A stretch of DNA of 64,000 nt from an uncultured virus (IMG/VR IMGVR_UViG_3300028840_004051) (IMGVR_UViG_3300028840_004051), one strand, 5' to 3'. Positions 19,384-30,001 are shown, counted from the stretch's first letter. Notes: a model not told the origin generated them from the letters alone. Made by a program: numbers and translations.

Positions 19384-19644
19384 TTGGAGGAAAAAATGGA
19401 CTGTCCAGTAAATAAAAAACCAGTACCGATAAATGTAGTTGACTATGAAGATTTATTCATTGGATTGGAAGGATTGGAAGAAACAAATATTGAAAAATTT
19501 GTTTCTTCTTGTTGCAGGTGTGCTTTATCAATAGAACCATTAAGTAAGGTTTGTTGTGGATGTTGCGGTAAACCAATGAATGGAAACGGTACCCCAATAC
19601 TATGGCAGCATAAACCAGATCAGATCCACTGTTTAAAATATTGA
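19384..19644 (+). CDS. Cys-rich hypothetical protein
   Basis: ORF, probable ATG at 19396 after GGAGG. Confidence 0.5.
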   Translation: MEEKMDCPVNKKPVPINVVDYEDLFIGLEGLEETNIEKFVSSCCRCALSIEPLSKVCCGCCGKPMNGNGTPILWQHKPDQIHCLKY

Positions 19645-19686
19645 CGCCACATGAAATGATGCAAAAAATAGAATAGGAGGTTTGGT

Positions 19687-19896
19687 ATGGGATGGTGTTC
19701 AGGGACACAGTTATTCGATTCGTTTTGTGAGATAATGTTCGATCCTAAAAATACAGATTTCAATTCAATTTTAAAGGAATTCATTAACGCACTTGAGGAT
19801 ATGGACTGGGATTGCCACCAAGACAGCACTTATTGGGATAAGCCAGTAGTCCAACAAGCGATGAGGGAATTGCATCCTGATTGGTTTGAAGATTAA
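19687..19896 (+). CDS. hypothetical phage protein
   Basis: MGWCSG...LEDMDWD; AGGAGG RBS. Confidence 0.7.
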   Translation: MGWCSGTQLFDSFCEIMFDPKNTDFNSILKEFINALEDMDWDCHQDSTYWDKPVVQQAMRELHPDWFED

Positions 19897-20070
19897 CAGG
19901 CCCTTCACATAAAAAAGATATGCTTACCCAACTAAGGAAGAAGCTATGCTTGGGTTTATAGCTCGAAAGCGAAGACAAGTAACTATACTCAAAAGAAAGT
20001 TAGATCAAGCTAAAGAAGCATTAAATATGGCTAATTCTAGTATTTCTATTCCTATGGAAAATGAAGAAAA

Positions 20071-21138
20071 ATGATTAACTCTATCCAAGCAGGAAACTTT
20101 CAATCGCATAAGGATCTCTTCTTAAAACTCCACCCAGGGGTTAATGCTATAATAGGACCATCTGACTCAGGTAAGACTGCCATCTTCCGCCTTCTTAATT
20201 GGATAATCAATAATAAGCCTGCAGGGGATGAGTTCCGTAGCTGGTGGGGAGGAGGCACCAGTGGATATATTGACTTAGAAGAGGGTTTTCTTATTGGGAG
20301 GATTAAGACTGATTCAGATAACCTTTATACCGTAACAAAAGCAGATGGTAGTGAGGATGAATATAGAGCATTTGGCCAGGCGGTACCAGAAGATATTCAG
20401 AAAATATTAAATATATCTGATATCAATTTTAGATTCCAGCATGACTCTCCTTTTCTACTTGGGCAATCGGCAGGCACCAATGCTCGCTACTTTAATAATC
20501 TTGTCAATCTAGATCTAATTGATAAAGCCCTTTACAATATTAATCATCGACTGAAGGATGAGAAAAACAGATTACAAAATAAAGAAGATAGTAAGCTTGA
20601 ACTTGAAAAGAAGCTGAAGGAATATGAGTGGCTGGATGATGCAGACACTAAACTTAAAGAAACAGAAGAACTTGATAGAAGATTACAGTATGCAAAGAAA
20701 GAATACAGAGAGCTTGATGAGCTTTCATCTAATTTTAAAGCAATAAAAAAACGACTGAAAGACATCAATGAAGTACTGAAGTTTAAAGAAAAAATAGATG
20801 AATTGCTTATAATAGATAAAAAGATTGATCAGTTATGCGAGGAAGAAAGCAGATTAAAGGGATTAAAAGAAGAGCTGATCAAGGTGAAGTCGAAAATAAA
20901 AAGATGCAATAAGATAATCGCATATGAAAATAAAGTCATGGACCTTTTAGCAATAGAGCAAGAAATAAGAATTCAAGAAAATAAAAGAGACAGGTTGAGT
21001 AAAGTGTTTAAGGAGTATTCGGAATTGAAGTATAAGCTGGAAATGGTTTCAAATAAACTTAATAAGACAGAGGATGAATTTAACCGTCTGATGCCAAATG
21101 TATGCCCTTTATGTGGGCAAGAGGTAAGAGATGAATAA
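20071..21138 (+). CDS. SbcC/Rad50-like ATPase, N-terminal half ending at zinc hook
   Basis: NFQSH, GPSDSGKT, coiled coil, terminal CPLCG. Confidence 0.85.
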   Translation: MINSIQAGNFQSHKDLFLKLHPGVNAIIGPSDSGKTAIFRLLNWIINNKPAGDEFRSWWGGGTSGYIDLEEGFLIGRIKTDSDNLYTVTKADGSEDEYRAFGQAVPEDIQKILNISDINFRFQHDSPFLLGQSAGTNARYFNNLVNLDLIDKALYNINHRLKDEKNRLQNKEDSKLELEKKLKEYEWLDDADTKLKETEELDRRLQYAKKEYRELDELSSNFKAIKKRLKDINEVLKFKEKIDELLIIDKKIDQLCEEESRLKGLKEELIKVKSKIKRCNKIIAYENKVMDLLAIEQEIRIQENKRDRLSKVFKEYSELKYKLEMVSNKLNKTEDEFNRLMPNVCPLCGQEVRDE

Positions 21139-21358
21139 AAAATGCCTAATACTATCTATAATCGGTGCGCCATTTGTTATTATAGCATTAGCGCTATTTG
21201 GTTTATTTATTGGCTATTTAATCATTCTGGTCGGTCAATATAGTGGAACGCTCCTCGGAATTCTTATTGGCATATTTATATTGTTTTCTTTAATTGTTAT
21301 CGCATCAAACCTATACGAGCATTGTGTAAAGTATCATAATGAGAAGAAGAAGAAATAA
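21131..21358 (+). CDS. small two-TM membrane protein
   Basis: two hydrophobic stretches. Confidence 0.6.
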   Translation: MNKKCLILSIIGAPFVIIALALFGLFIGYLIILVGQYSGTLLGILIGIFILFSLIVIASNLYEHCVKYHNEKKKK

Positions 21359-22319
21359 AAAAATAAATCAAGTTGATGCTATCTTAACATCAGATTGGCA
21401 TCTAAGGCCCGATACCCCTACCTCTCGCACAGACGACTATCAGAAAGCAATGTGGAAAAAGGTAGAATTTATTATTGCTCTATCAAGGAAACATCAATGC
21501 CCTATTCTCCATGCTGGCGATATGTTCCACAAACCGAATCAGCCATCGTGGTTGATTGAAGAATTCATGCGGCTGATTAATAAATCAATTGATAAATTTA
21601 ATCTTAAAAATTATACCCAAATCGACTTACTGCTTGCTGGGCAAGGAATTATATGTGTTGCAGGGCAGCATGACCTTCCTGCTCATAATTTAAACAATTG
21701 GCATAAGTCAGCCCTTGGTGCAATGACAAGAGCAAGTTATACAATCCCGCTTGGAGCTACAATATATAATCACTGGTCTTCGAATGTTTTCAATGCAAAA
21801 GGTTTTTCGTTTGGCCAGGAGTTAGAGCATAATCCTGATGAAGATTTTGATGTCGCCATTATCCATAAAATGGTTATTGAAGATAAACCAGAATGGCCAG
21901 GGCAAGTAGCCGATAGTGCTATATCTATCCTAAAGAAATACCCACTATTTAAATTGATTATAACAGGAGATAACCACCGCCCATTTACAGCGGAATATAA
22001 AGGGCAGCTTTTGGTTAACCCAGGAAGTATGATGCGCATGACTGCTGCTCAGATCGTTCATAAGCCAAGGGTTTATCTTTGGAATGCAAAAGAGAATTCA
22101 GTAGAAGTGGTCTATTTGCCAATTGAAAAAGATGTTCTCAATAGATCCCATATAGATAAAAGGCAAGAGATAGATGAAAGGATCGCTGAATATACTGAAA
22201 GATTAAAAATAAAATTTAAAGCTGGGATTAACTTTAAAGAAAATCTTGAAAGCCACTTTCAGAATACAAGAACAAGAAGGCAAGTAAAAGAAAGGGTATG
22301 GGAGGCGTGTGATAATTAA
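21339..22319 (+). CDS. SbcD/Mre11-like metallophosphoesterase nuclease
   Basis: SDWH, AGDMFH, GQHD, GDNH, NPGS. Confidence 0.88.
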   Translation: MRRRRNKKINQVDAILTSDWHLRPDTPTSRTDDYQKAMWKKVEFIIALSRKHQCPILHAGDMFHKPNQPSWLIEEFMRLINKSIDKFNLKNYTQIDLLLAGQGIICVAGQHDLPAHNLNNWHKSALGAMTRASYTIPLGATIYNHWSSNVFNAKGFSFGQELEHNPDEDFDVAIIHKMVIEDKPEWPGQVADSAISILKKYPLFKLIITGDNHRPFTAEYKGQLLVNPGSMMRMTAAQIVHKPRVYLWNAKENSVEVVYLPIEKDVLNRSHIDKRQEIDERIAEYTERLKIKFKAGINFKENLESHFQNTRTRRQVKERVWEACDN

Positions 22320-22549
22320 AAATGATATATCAATTCATAATTAGATTCTCTTTAGCAGTCATTGTCCTATATTTTCTCCTATCACTTATGCTGCTATGGA
22401 TCAAGTTTCATGTTTGGTTGTGGGAGCCGGTATTACAAAACATTAGTAATATTATATCAAATCTATGAATAAGAAAACCTCGCACTATTTAAAAACAAAA
22501 TCTGGACTAGTCAATCCAGTGGTAAGTGTCTAAACAATAGATCAGGGAT

Positions 22550-22840
22550 GTGAAAAAAATAGTGCGAGGTCATTCAAAAAAGGAAGATGAAATGTCTGAA
22601 AGCAAGCAAGCAAAAAATTTACTGAGGAAGAAAGAAATCATAGAAGAAAACAAGTCACTTAAAAGCCGACTGGAAGGGCAACTGGATCAGCTTGAAAGCA
22701 GGCTGTTAAGCGATTTTGGTTGTAAGGATGAGAAAGAGATTGATAAAAGACTTGATCAGATCGGCATATCCATTGATGATATGGATGAAGAGCTAACAAA
22801 ACAAATAGAACAGCTCGAAAAAGAATTCGACTGGGAGTAA
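22550..22840 (+). CDS. coiled-coil protein (probable middle piece of split SbcC)
   Basis: heptad pattern between sbcD and SbcC C-half. Confidence 0.55.
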   Translation: MKKIVRGHSKKEDEMSESKQAKNLLRKKEIIEENKSLKSRLEGQLDQLESRLLSDFGCKDEKEIDKRLDQIGISIDDMDEELTKQIEQLEKEFDWE

Positions 22841-22843
22841 CCC

Positions 22844-23452
22844 ATGCCACAACTAAAAGAATTCAGGGCGATACTATCTGAGGAGAAAGGGCAAAGAAAA
22901 CAGATACAGTCTGATCTTGATCAGACCAAGATCGATATAGAACTGCTAAAAGAAGATATCAGATTCACACAGATCGCGAGAGCTATCATTCAGAAGGTTG
23001 CCAGCGAGACCCAGAAGCAACTCGAATATCACATCAGCGAGCTGGTATCACTGGCAATGTCTGGCATCTTCCCTAACCCTTATGAATTCGAGGTTGAATT
23101 TAGGGAACATAGAGGGCGGACAGAATGCCAAATGAACTTCAAAAGAAACGGTCAGAAAGTAGATCCTCTTATGGGTGGTGGAGGTGGTCCGCTTGATGTT
23201 GCCAGTTTTGCTCTCATCCCAACTGTATGGAGCCTGAAGCCTACCAGGAATTTCCTTGCCCTGGATGAACCTTTTAAATATCTTAGCCGCGACCTACAAC
23301 CAAAAGCATCAGAGATGCTGAAAGAGATATCAAAAAGGCTTGGTTTACAGGTGCTGATGGTTACCCATTCGCCCGATCTGATAGAAGGTGCAGACAAAAT
23401 ATTTAAGACATCAATTAAAGATGGAATAACGGAGGTTTCAGAGGATGTATAA
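22844..23452 (+). CDS. SbcC/Rad50-like ATPase, C-terminal half
   Basis: signature-like MGGGGG, Walker B LALDEPF, VTH. Confidence 0.85.
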   Translation: MPQLKEFRAILSEEKGQRKQIQSDLDQTKIDIELLKEDIRFTQIARAIIQKVASETQKQLEYHISELVSLAMSGIFPNPYEFEVEFREHRGRTECQMNFKRNGQKVDPLMGGGGGPLDVASFALIPTVWSLKPTRNFLALDEPFKYLSRDLQPKASEMLKEISKRLGLQVLMVTHSPDLIEGADKIFKTSIKDGITEVSEDV

Positions 23453-24191
23453 CGGAAAAGAAATAACCACTATCATTCAAGCAAGACTTGGATCAACAAG
23501 ACTGCCGAATAAAGTTCTACTACCTCTGGCTAATAGGTCGGTTATAGAATGGGTATTTCATCGTTCATGTTATTCAAGGTATACTGATAGAACCATCGTT
23601 GCCATTCCTGATAATGAAGAAAACAGCCACCTCGCTGATTTTCTATACAATAAAAATATGAATTTCATCACTTGGAAAGGCGATGAGGATGATGTTATGT
23701 CAAGGGTCATCGCTGCTGCAAGCATCACCAAAACTGACATCATCGTTGACATAACTGCTGATTGCCCGATGGTCGACCCGTGGCATATTGATTATATGAT
23801 AAAGCTAAAAGAAGATAATCACATTGAATATATATCTAACTGTGTGATGAGAACATGGCCTGATGGATTAGATATACAAATATATGATTTGAATACTCTA
23901 CGAAGTGTTAAGAAGATATTCAAGCCAAAGAATCATGTTGGTTGGAATATAGCACAACATCCAACATTCTTCAGTGTATTCAACCTATCGGCTCCCGATG
24001 AATACTACTGGCCTGAATTAGGACTCACCCTCGATACCGAGGATGATTATACCTTGCTATCACATATTTTCAAGATATTTAAAAAAGATATATATTTCAG
24101 AGTTGAAGATATTATTCGATATATCAAAAAAAATCTCCCACTTGCTGACATAAACAAACATATCATAAGAAAGAAACCAGAAGAAGGATAA
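23445..24191 (+). CDS. SpsF/acylneuraminate cytidylyltransferase-family protein
   Basis: IIQARLGSTRLPNKVL, TADCP, LTLDTEDD. Confidence 0.88.
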   Translation: MYNGKEITTIIQARLGSTRLPNKVLLPLANRSVIEWVFHRSCYSRYTDRTIVAIPDNEENSHLADFLYNKNMNFITWKGDEDDVMSRVIAAASITKTDIIVDITADCPMVDPWHIDYMIKLKEDNHIEYISNCVMRTWPDGLDIQIYDLNTLRSVKKIFKPKNHVGWNIAQHPTFFSVFNLSAPDEYYWPELGLTLDTEDDYTLLSHIFKIFKKDIYFRVEDIIRYIKKNLPLADINKHIIRKKPEEG

Positions 24192-24197
24192 ACCAAA

Positions 24198-25184
24198 ATG
24201 CCAAAAGATAGATATTCAGCAGTGATTATAGGAGCAGGATCTATTGGGGCTTTAAAGCCTGACAAATATGACAGCCCTAATACCGAAAATATCCTTACCC
24301 ATGCTCATGCTATCTATAATAATCCAGAAACTGAACTGATAGCTATTGTTGATAACGATATTGATAAAGCGAATAAGGCAGCAGATAAATGGAGTTGTAA
24401 ACCTCTATATGATCTACAAGATGCGCCTTTTCTTTATGGATCAGATATATATGTTGTAGCTACTCCAACCCATACTCATAAAAGAATTCTTGAAAGTGTT
24501 CTTACACTCAAACCAAAGATAGTAATCGCTGAAAAGCCATTTACGAGAGGGTTTATTGAAGCAAAGATGGTATCGGATTTATATGAGAAAAATAATATTC
24601 CATTAGTGGTGAATTATTCAAGGCGATTTACTTTTGAATATGGACAAATTAAAGAAATGATTGACAGTGAAAAATGGGGCAAAGTATTGAATTGCAACTT
24701 TTACTATAACCGAGGATTAAAACATGAAGGATGCCATGCTATCGACCTCTTTAATTATTTCTTTGGAGAGTTGATTGATGGAAACATAATACTTGATAAT
24801 TCAATATGTGACTACTCACAATTTGATCCAACATATGCAGCATTCTTCACATATCAAAAATGCCCCTATATATTTATGTTTCCAGTCGATGGTAGGAAGA
24901 TATCAATATTTGAGATGAATATCATGTTTGAAAAAGCCAGGGTTAGCTTCGTCGATCATGGTACAAAATTAAATATATATGAGCTAACAACTGAAGAGAT
25001 ATATGATAATACCAAGGTGCTTTCAAGCACTCCAACAAAAACAATCAACACACAACTTACCAAATCACTTTCATGTCTTATTGATAACACTGTTAATTAT
25101 CTTGATGGAAATATGGACTTCTTATTATGCACAGATAAAGATGCAATAGAAGTCCATGAAGTCTATTACGCAATAGGTCTTTAA
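24198..25184 (+). CDS. Gfo/Idh/MocA oxidoreductase
   Basis: IIGAGSIG, ATPTHTH, AEKP, VNYSRRF. Confidence 0.88.
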   Translation: MPKDRYSAVIIGAGSIGALKPDKYDSPNTENILTHAHAIYNNPETELIAIVDNDIDKANKAADKWSCKPLYDLQDAPFLYGSDIYVVATPTHTHKRILESVLTLKPKIVIAEKPFTRGFIEAKMVSDLYEKNNIPLVVNYSRRFTFEYGQIKEMIDSEKWGKVLNCNFYYNRGLKHEGCHAIDLFNYFFGELIDGNIILDNSICDYSQFDPTYAAFFTYQKCPYIFMFPVDGRKISIFEMNIMFEKARVSFVDHGTKLNIYELTTEEIYDNTKVLSSTPTKTINTQLTKSLSCLIDNTVNYLDGNMDFLLCTDKDAIEVHEVYYAIGL

Positions 25185-25200
25185 ATAAGGAGATTAAGAA

Positions 25201-26556
25201 ATGCCAAAACTTGCAATAAAAGGTGGTCTTAAAGTTAGAAATAACCCTTTCCCGAATATGTCAACAATAGGCCAAAGTGAGTTGAATGCAGCGAGAAGGG
25301 TTATATTGACAGGAAATTTATCAGGTTTCAGAGGCAATTCAGGCCCAGGGTTTCAAGGTGGTCCCGAAGTAAGAGCACTTGAAAAGGAATGGGAAAAGAA
25401 ATTTGGAGTTAAACATGCTATCGCCGTCAACTCCTGTACATCGGGGTTGCATATTGCTTGCATAGCCATTGATTTAAAACCAGGTGATGAAGTAATTGTG
25501 ACTCCATGGTCGATGTCATGTAGTGCGACAGCGCCTATGATATGTGGGGCTATTCCAATCTTCGCTGACATTGAAGAGGATTATTATTGCCTTGATCCTC
25601 AATCGATAAGGGATAGAATAAGTGCAAGAACCAAAGCAATTATAGTAGTTGACTTATTTGGGCAGCCACATGATTATTCAGAAATACGAAAAATAGCCGA
25701 CGAATATAGTCTATCTATAATTGAGGATGCTGCACAAGCCATCGGATCATACTACGGTAAAAGAAGTACAGGAACGCTTGGAGATATCGGCGTTTATTCC
25801 TTCACTCAAGGGAAGCATATTACCTGCGGTGAAGGTGGTATGATCGTAACAAATGATGATAAATTAGCGATGTCTTGTATGTTGCTAAGAAATCATGCCG
25901 AGGCGGTTGAAAATGATTTGATTGGTTCAAAACCAAATTATAAAAAATATACTCTCCCTACATTTGATCACAATCTATTTGGATTCAACATGAGAATGAC
26001 AGAGATACAGGCCGCCATACTGAGAGAGCAACTCAAGTATTTAGATGGCGTTGTAGAAAAGCATCAGAAATCAGAACAATTCATAAGTGATAATCTAAGC
26101 CATCTAGATTATATTATCAAGTTTCCTAAAGTCAGACCTTACTCAACACATTCTTATTATGTTCAAGCTTTAAAATGGAGAACTGAAAATAAACATACTG
26201 AAGGAATACACCGCGATCAATATATTGAAGCAGTCAGGGCGGAGTTATCGCATGAAGAAGGTAGAGCTATTGAAGGCGTCCCGATCAGCTACGGATACAT
26301 AAAACCTCTTTACTTATTTCCTATATTCCAAAACTACCAAGATAAGTTAGACATCTATAAAAATGAGTATGAAAAAATCAGAAGGAGGCGTATAAAGGAG
26401 AATTATACACAAGGCAGTTGCCCTGTAGCTGAAAGATTATGGAAGAATGAAATAATTATAAACAGGCTGGTTGGAATGAATCTAATGGTTAGTGATCTTA
26501 AGGATGTCGTTAATGCATTCATTAAGGTTTGGGAGAATAGGGATGAATTAAGGTAA
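25201..26556 (+). CDS. DegT/DnrJ/EryC1/StrS sugar aminotransferase (PseC-like role)
   Basis: NSCTSGLH, IEDAAQA, SFTQGKHITCGEGG, NMRMTE. Confidence 0.92.
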   Translation: MPKLAIKGGLKVRNNPFPNMSTIGQSELNAARRVILTGNLSGFRGNSGPGFQGGPEVRALEKEWEKKFGVKHAIAVNSCTSGLHIACIAIDLKPGDEVIVTPWSMSCSATAPMICGAIPIFADIEEDYYCLDPQSIRDRISARTKAIIVVDLFGQPHDYSEIRKIADEYSLSIIEDAAQAIGSYYGKRSTGTLGDIGVYSFTQGKHITCGEGGMIVTNDDKLAMSCMLLRNHAEAVENDLIGSKPNYKKYTLPTFDHNLFGFNMRMTEIQAAILREQLKYLDGVVEKHQKSEQFISDNLSHLDYIIKFPKVRPYSTHSYYVQALKWRTENKHTEGIHRDQYIEAVRAELSHEEGRAIEGVPISYGYIKPLYLFPIFQNYQDKLDIYKNEYEKIRRRRIKENYTQGSCPVAERLWKNEIIINRLVGMNLMVSDLKDVVNAFIKVWENRDELR

Positions 26557-26736
26557 GGAATATGAAAACAAAAAATATAGATAAAATCATTCTTGTAGTT
26601 ATCGGGTTTAATATAGCCGTTAATATACATCAAGGAAATTGGCAGGCGGCGCTTGGATGGTTTATCGCCTCTCTTACTATTATTAGATTGCTTTTCTTTT
26701 ATAAAGAGAAATAAAAAATTAATAAGGATCAGTAAA

Positions 26737-27597
26737 ATGATACCATTTATAGCAGATATTGGAAGCAACCATAATCAAAGTCTCACAAGGGCTAAAAATC
26801 TTATTTTAGCTGCAAAAGAGAGTGGTTGTTGGGGAGTTAAGTTTCAGCTTTTTAAAGCCGAACAGCTATGGAGAGATAAGACAGTAGCAGGAAGGATGAA
26901 GCATTGGGAATTGCCAGAAGAGTTCATTCCTGAGCTTTCAAGTTTTTGTAAAGCGCTTGATATAGCCTTCGGCTGCACACCTTTCTACTTAAAAGCTGTC
27001 GATATACTCAAAGATCATGTTGACTTTTTAAAGGTTGGTTCATACGAATTACTCTGGCTTGATTTAATCAGGAAGTGTGCAAAAACTGATAAGAAGCTTA
27101 TCCTATCGACTGGCATGGGATCATTTGTTGAGATACTTAATGCAATGTCAGCCGCCATTGTGCATTGTAAATCAGGATGTAATGATGATGATAACGTCTT
27201 AGGTTCTATATCAGTCCTGCATTGTAATTCGACCTATCCTGCCAACCTTGAAGATTGCAATATGGCACAGATAGAAGTGCTTAGAAATCAATTTCGGAGA
27301 TCAGTTGGATGGAGTGATCATACCACTGAGCCAGGGGTAATTTATTCTGCCATTTCATATGGTGCCTCAATAATTGAATTTCATTTGGATTTAGAAGATA
27401 AGCAAGGGGTCGAATCTAGAAGCGGCCATTGCTGGAAACCAAGTAAAATTGAATGTGTTATAAATAATATAAGCAACTGGTTGAAGACTGAATATTTCAG
27501 TAAAACCAGTTTAACACAAAAAATAGAGGAGCTAAGAAAGTCAAGAACTGACCCAACTGATGGAATGAGGCCATTGAAGAATGTCAAATCTACATAA
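26737..27597 (+). CDS. N-acetylneuraminate/pseudaminate synthase family (NeuB/PseI)
   Basis: IADIGSNH, VKFQ, LKVGS, ILSTGM, LHCNSTYP, GWSDHT, IEFH; start reassigned to ATG 26737. Confidence 0.9.
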   Translation: MIPFIADIGSNHNQSLTRAKNLILAAKESGCWGVKFQLFKAEQLWRDKTVAGRMKHWELPEEFIPELSSFCKALDIAFGCTPFYLKAVDILKDHVDFLKVGSYELLWLDLIRKCAKTDKKLILSTGMGSFVEILNAMSAAIVHCKSGCNDDDNVLGSISVLHCNSTYPANLEDCNMAQIEVLRNQFRRSVGWSDHTTEPGVIYSAISYGASIIEFHLDLEDKQGVESRSGHCWKPSKIECVINNISNWLKTEYFSKTSLTQKIEELRKSRTDPTDGMRPLKNVKST

Positions 27598-28564
27598 TGC
27601 CGAAATATTAATAACAGGCGGGACAGGTAGCCTTGGGCTAACCCTTGTAAAAACCCTTGTAAAATATCATTCAGAAATAAAAGGGATACGAGTCTTTTCA
27701 AGAGACGAACTGAAGCAATGGCTGATGAAGCAGGAGATCAACGTATGGTGTATCAAAAATAAGCTCTATGTGCCGATCTCTTATTTGGTGGGTGATGTAA
27801 GAGATATCAAAAGGCTTAAGATTGCGATGAGAGGGGTCACCCATGTCATCCATGCTGCTGCCATGAAGCAAGTCCCTGCCTGTGAAGAAAACCCTCTTGA
27901 AGCGATTAAGACAAATATAGGCGGTGCAGAGAACATATTAGAAGCCGCTCTTTCATGTGACTCAATCGAGAAGGTTTTAGGCATAAGTACTGATAAGGCA
28001 ATATACCCTATAAATCTCTACGGGGTTACGAAAGCCGCGATGGAAAAGTTATTCATCCAAGGCAACGTTTACAGTAAAGGACATGAGAGAAAACCAAGAT
28101 TCAGTTGCTGCCGATATGGGAACGTTATAGGAAGCAGAGGAAGTGTGATTCCTTTATTTAAAAGTCAATATGATAGAAATCAAGAGATAACCGTTACCGA
28201 TTTGAAAATGACAAGGTTTTGGATTACCCGGCCAGCCGCTGCTCGCTTTGTAATAAATAGATTGATGTATATGGAGGGTGGTGAGATATTCGTCCCTAAA
28301 ATGCCAAGTTGTAGGGTTGTCGATCTTGCCAGAATGCTTATCCCTGATGTCCCTATAAAATATGTAGGGATAAGGAAAGGAGAGAAGATTCATGAATGGC
28401 TGATAACAACTGAGGAGAGCAGCGATTTATTAGAGTTAGGTAAAAGCTATGTAATCTCTTCAAGATATCAAAACAAGCATAAGAAGTTCGCTTATAACAG
28501 CCTTAGTAATGAACGGATTTTGAAAAAAGATGAATTCCATAAAATGTTAATAGAAGAAGTATAG
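27581..28564 (+). CDS. pseB: UDP-GlcNAc 4,6-dehydratase (PseB/FlaA1-like)
   Basis: ITGGTGSLG, SRDELKQ, HAAAMKQVP, STDKA, YGNVIGSRGSV, MTRFW, GEKIHE. Confidence 0.88.
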   Translation: MSNLHNAEILITGGTGSLGLTLVKTLVKYHSEIKGIRVFSRDELKQWLMKQEINVWCIKNKLYVPISYLVGDVRDIKRLKIAMRGVTHVIHAAAMKQVPACEENPLEAIKTNIGGAENILEAALSCDSIEKVLGISTDKAIYPINLYGVTKAAMEKLFIQGNVYSKGHERKPRFSCCRYGNVIGSRGSVIPLFKSQYDRNQEITVTDLKMTRFWITRPAAARFVINRLMYMEGGEIFVPKMPSCRVVDLARMLIPDVPIKYVGIRKGEKIHEWLITTEESSDLLELGKSYVISSRYQNKHKKFAYNSLSNERILKKDEFHKMLIEEV

Positions 28565-28573
28565 GAGAAAAAA

Positions 28574-28831
28574 ATGAAAGTATTTATGTTGATTTTAGCA
28601 AGTTTAATTTTTGTATCAGTATCCAATGCAGGTGAAATATGGGATGCATTTATATCTCAGAAACCCGCACCAATGCGTCACTGCTATGGTTGTCAAGAAG
28701 ATAGACGGGTGCAACAGGTCGAATCACAGTTTCAAAACAAAAATAATCGATTTGATTCTGGTGAGACTGATTCCGATGGATATGAAGGAAGTGATCCAAT
28801 AGACCCCGAAGGAACTGAACCAAGGTTTTAA
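28574..28831 (+). CDS. small secreted hypothetical protein
   Basis: N-terminal signal-peptide-like stretch; AGGAG RBS. Confidence 0.55.
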   Translation: MKVFMLILASLIFVSVSNAGEIWDAFISQKPAPMRHCYGCQEDRRVQQVESQFQNKNNRFDSGETDSDGYEGSDPIDPEGTEPRF

Positions 28832-28834
28832 TAA

Positions 28835-29401
28835 ATGAATAAAATATATGAAACAGATGATCTCATATTCGTTCCTTTCTTCAATATCAATCTAAAAAAT
28901 AGCAATTACTATGCTTGGATGCATGATCAGGAAGTCACCAGATATAACTCACATGGCCTCTTCCCTTATACAAAGAAAGAGGAGGATGAATGGCGTCAGG
29001 CGATTATAGATAATAAAATCATCGCCTGGGCAATAGTGAAGAAAATAGGCCCAAAAGAATTAGCCGGGCATCCTGTTAAGAGGACAGAGATGATCCATAT
29101 AGGTAATGTCAGTCTTCAGAGTTTCAACTGGATTAATCGAAGTGCTGAAATCGCCATCGTAATTGGCGAGAAGCAATACTGGGGTAAGGGATATGCGACT
29201 AAAGCATTCGATATAATGATAAGTCATGGATTCATGAAATTGAATCTTCACAGGATATGGTCTGGAACGGCTTCTATTAATAACGGGATGATTAGGGTAT
29301 TTGAAAAAGTAGGAATGCAATACGAAGGAACCTTTAGGGATGGAACTTTTCTTAATGGCCGTTATGTTGATGTTGTCTGCTATGCAGCGATTCAGGTGTA
29401 G
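28835..29401 (+). CDS. GNAT (RimJ/RimL-like) N-acetyltransferase, PseH-like role
   Basis: HIGNV, AEIAIVIGEKQYWGKGYA, LNLHRI, EGTFR. Confidence 0.85.
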   Translation: MNKIYETDDLIFVPFFNINLKNSNYYAWMHDQEVTRYNSHGLFPYTKKEEDEWRQAIIDNKIIAWAIVKKIGPKELAGHPVKRTEMIHIGNVSLQSFNWINRSAEIAIVIGEKQYWGKGYATKAFDIMISHGFMKLNLHRIWSGTASINNGMIRVFEKVGMQYEGTFRDGTFLNGRYVDVVCYAAIQV

Positions 29402-29480
29402 GTGGCTGGTTTCCTACCTCCTTTCCCAGCCGCCTCAAGGAGGGAGAGGGCGGTTGCTCTGGGGTAGGAGTAACGCCATC
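29401..29480. ncRNA. GC-rich long hairpin containing anti-SD and SD sequences (candidate regulatory RNA)
   Basis: nested stems GGTGGC/GCCATC, TCCTACCTC/GGGGTAGGA, CAGCCGCC/GGCGGTTG. Confidence 0.35.
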
Positions 29481-29514
29481 TCTCTTCCTAATATTAAATG
29501 AGGAATAAAGGGAA

Positions 29515-29712
29515 ATGAGCTATTTAAAAGATTACTCCTGGCATCACCATCATTTTTGGGTGCTAAAATCGCATTACAAGCATAGCACCGTGGCTGACAT
29601 CGGCACACCCTTGGATATCCATCAGACATATTATCATGTAGAAAAATGTACTATATGTTCTGCTGAAAGAATAGTTCCAATTGTACGATATTTCCGAAAT
29701 GAAATTGTGTAA
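29515..29712 (+). CDS. small His/Cys hypothetical protein
   Basis: 65 aa, HHHH...CTIC. Confidence 0.5.
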   Translation: MSYLKDYSWHHHHFWVLKSHYKHSTVADIGTPLDIHQTYYHVEKCTICSAERIVPIVRYFRNEIV

Positions 29713-29726
29713 GAAAGAAATATAAA

Positions 29727-29924
29727 ATGCAAACGGGTTGTTACGTCCTTCATTTATACTGCGATAAAAGAGAAAATAGAAGATGCAAAGGTGATGAATT
29801 CCCTTACGTATATACAGCAGAATATGGGTCTACTTGCCGGGAGCAAGCTAGAAAAGATGGATGGAAGTTAGGCAAAAAAGACATATGTCCGATATGTAAT
29901 AATAAGTTGTGGTTTCGCAATTAG
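29727..29924 (+). CDS. small zinc-binding hypothetical protein
   Basis: LYCD...ARKDGW...ICPIC. Confidence 0.6.
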   Translation: MQTGCYVLHLYCDKRENRRCKGDEFPYVYTAEYGSTCREQARKDGWKLGKKDICPICNNKLWFRN

Positions 29925-30001
29925 TATACGATCCTACAACCATCTTTAAACCGTAAACACCAGAAGTAGCTCCACGATAGTATAAGGAAAGAATTAAAAA
30001 A

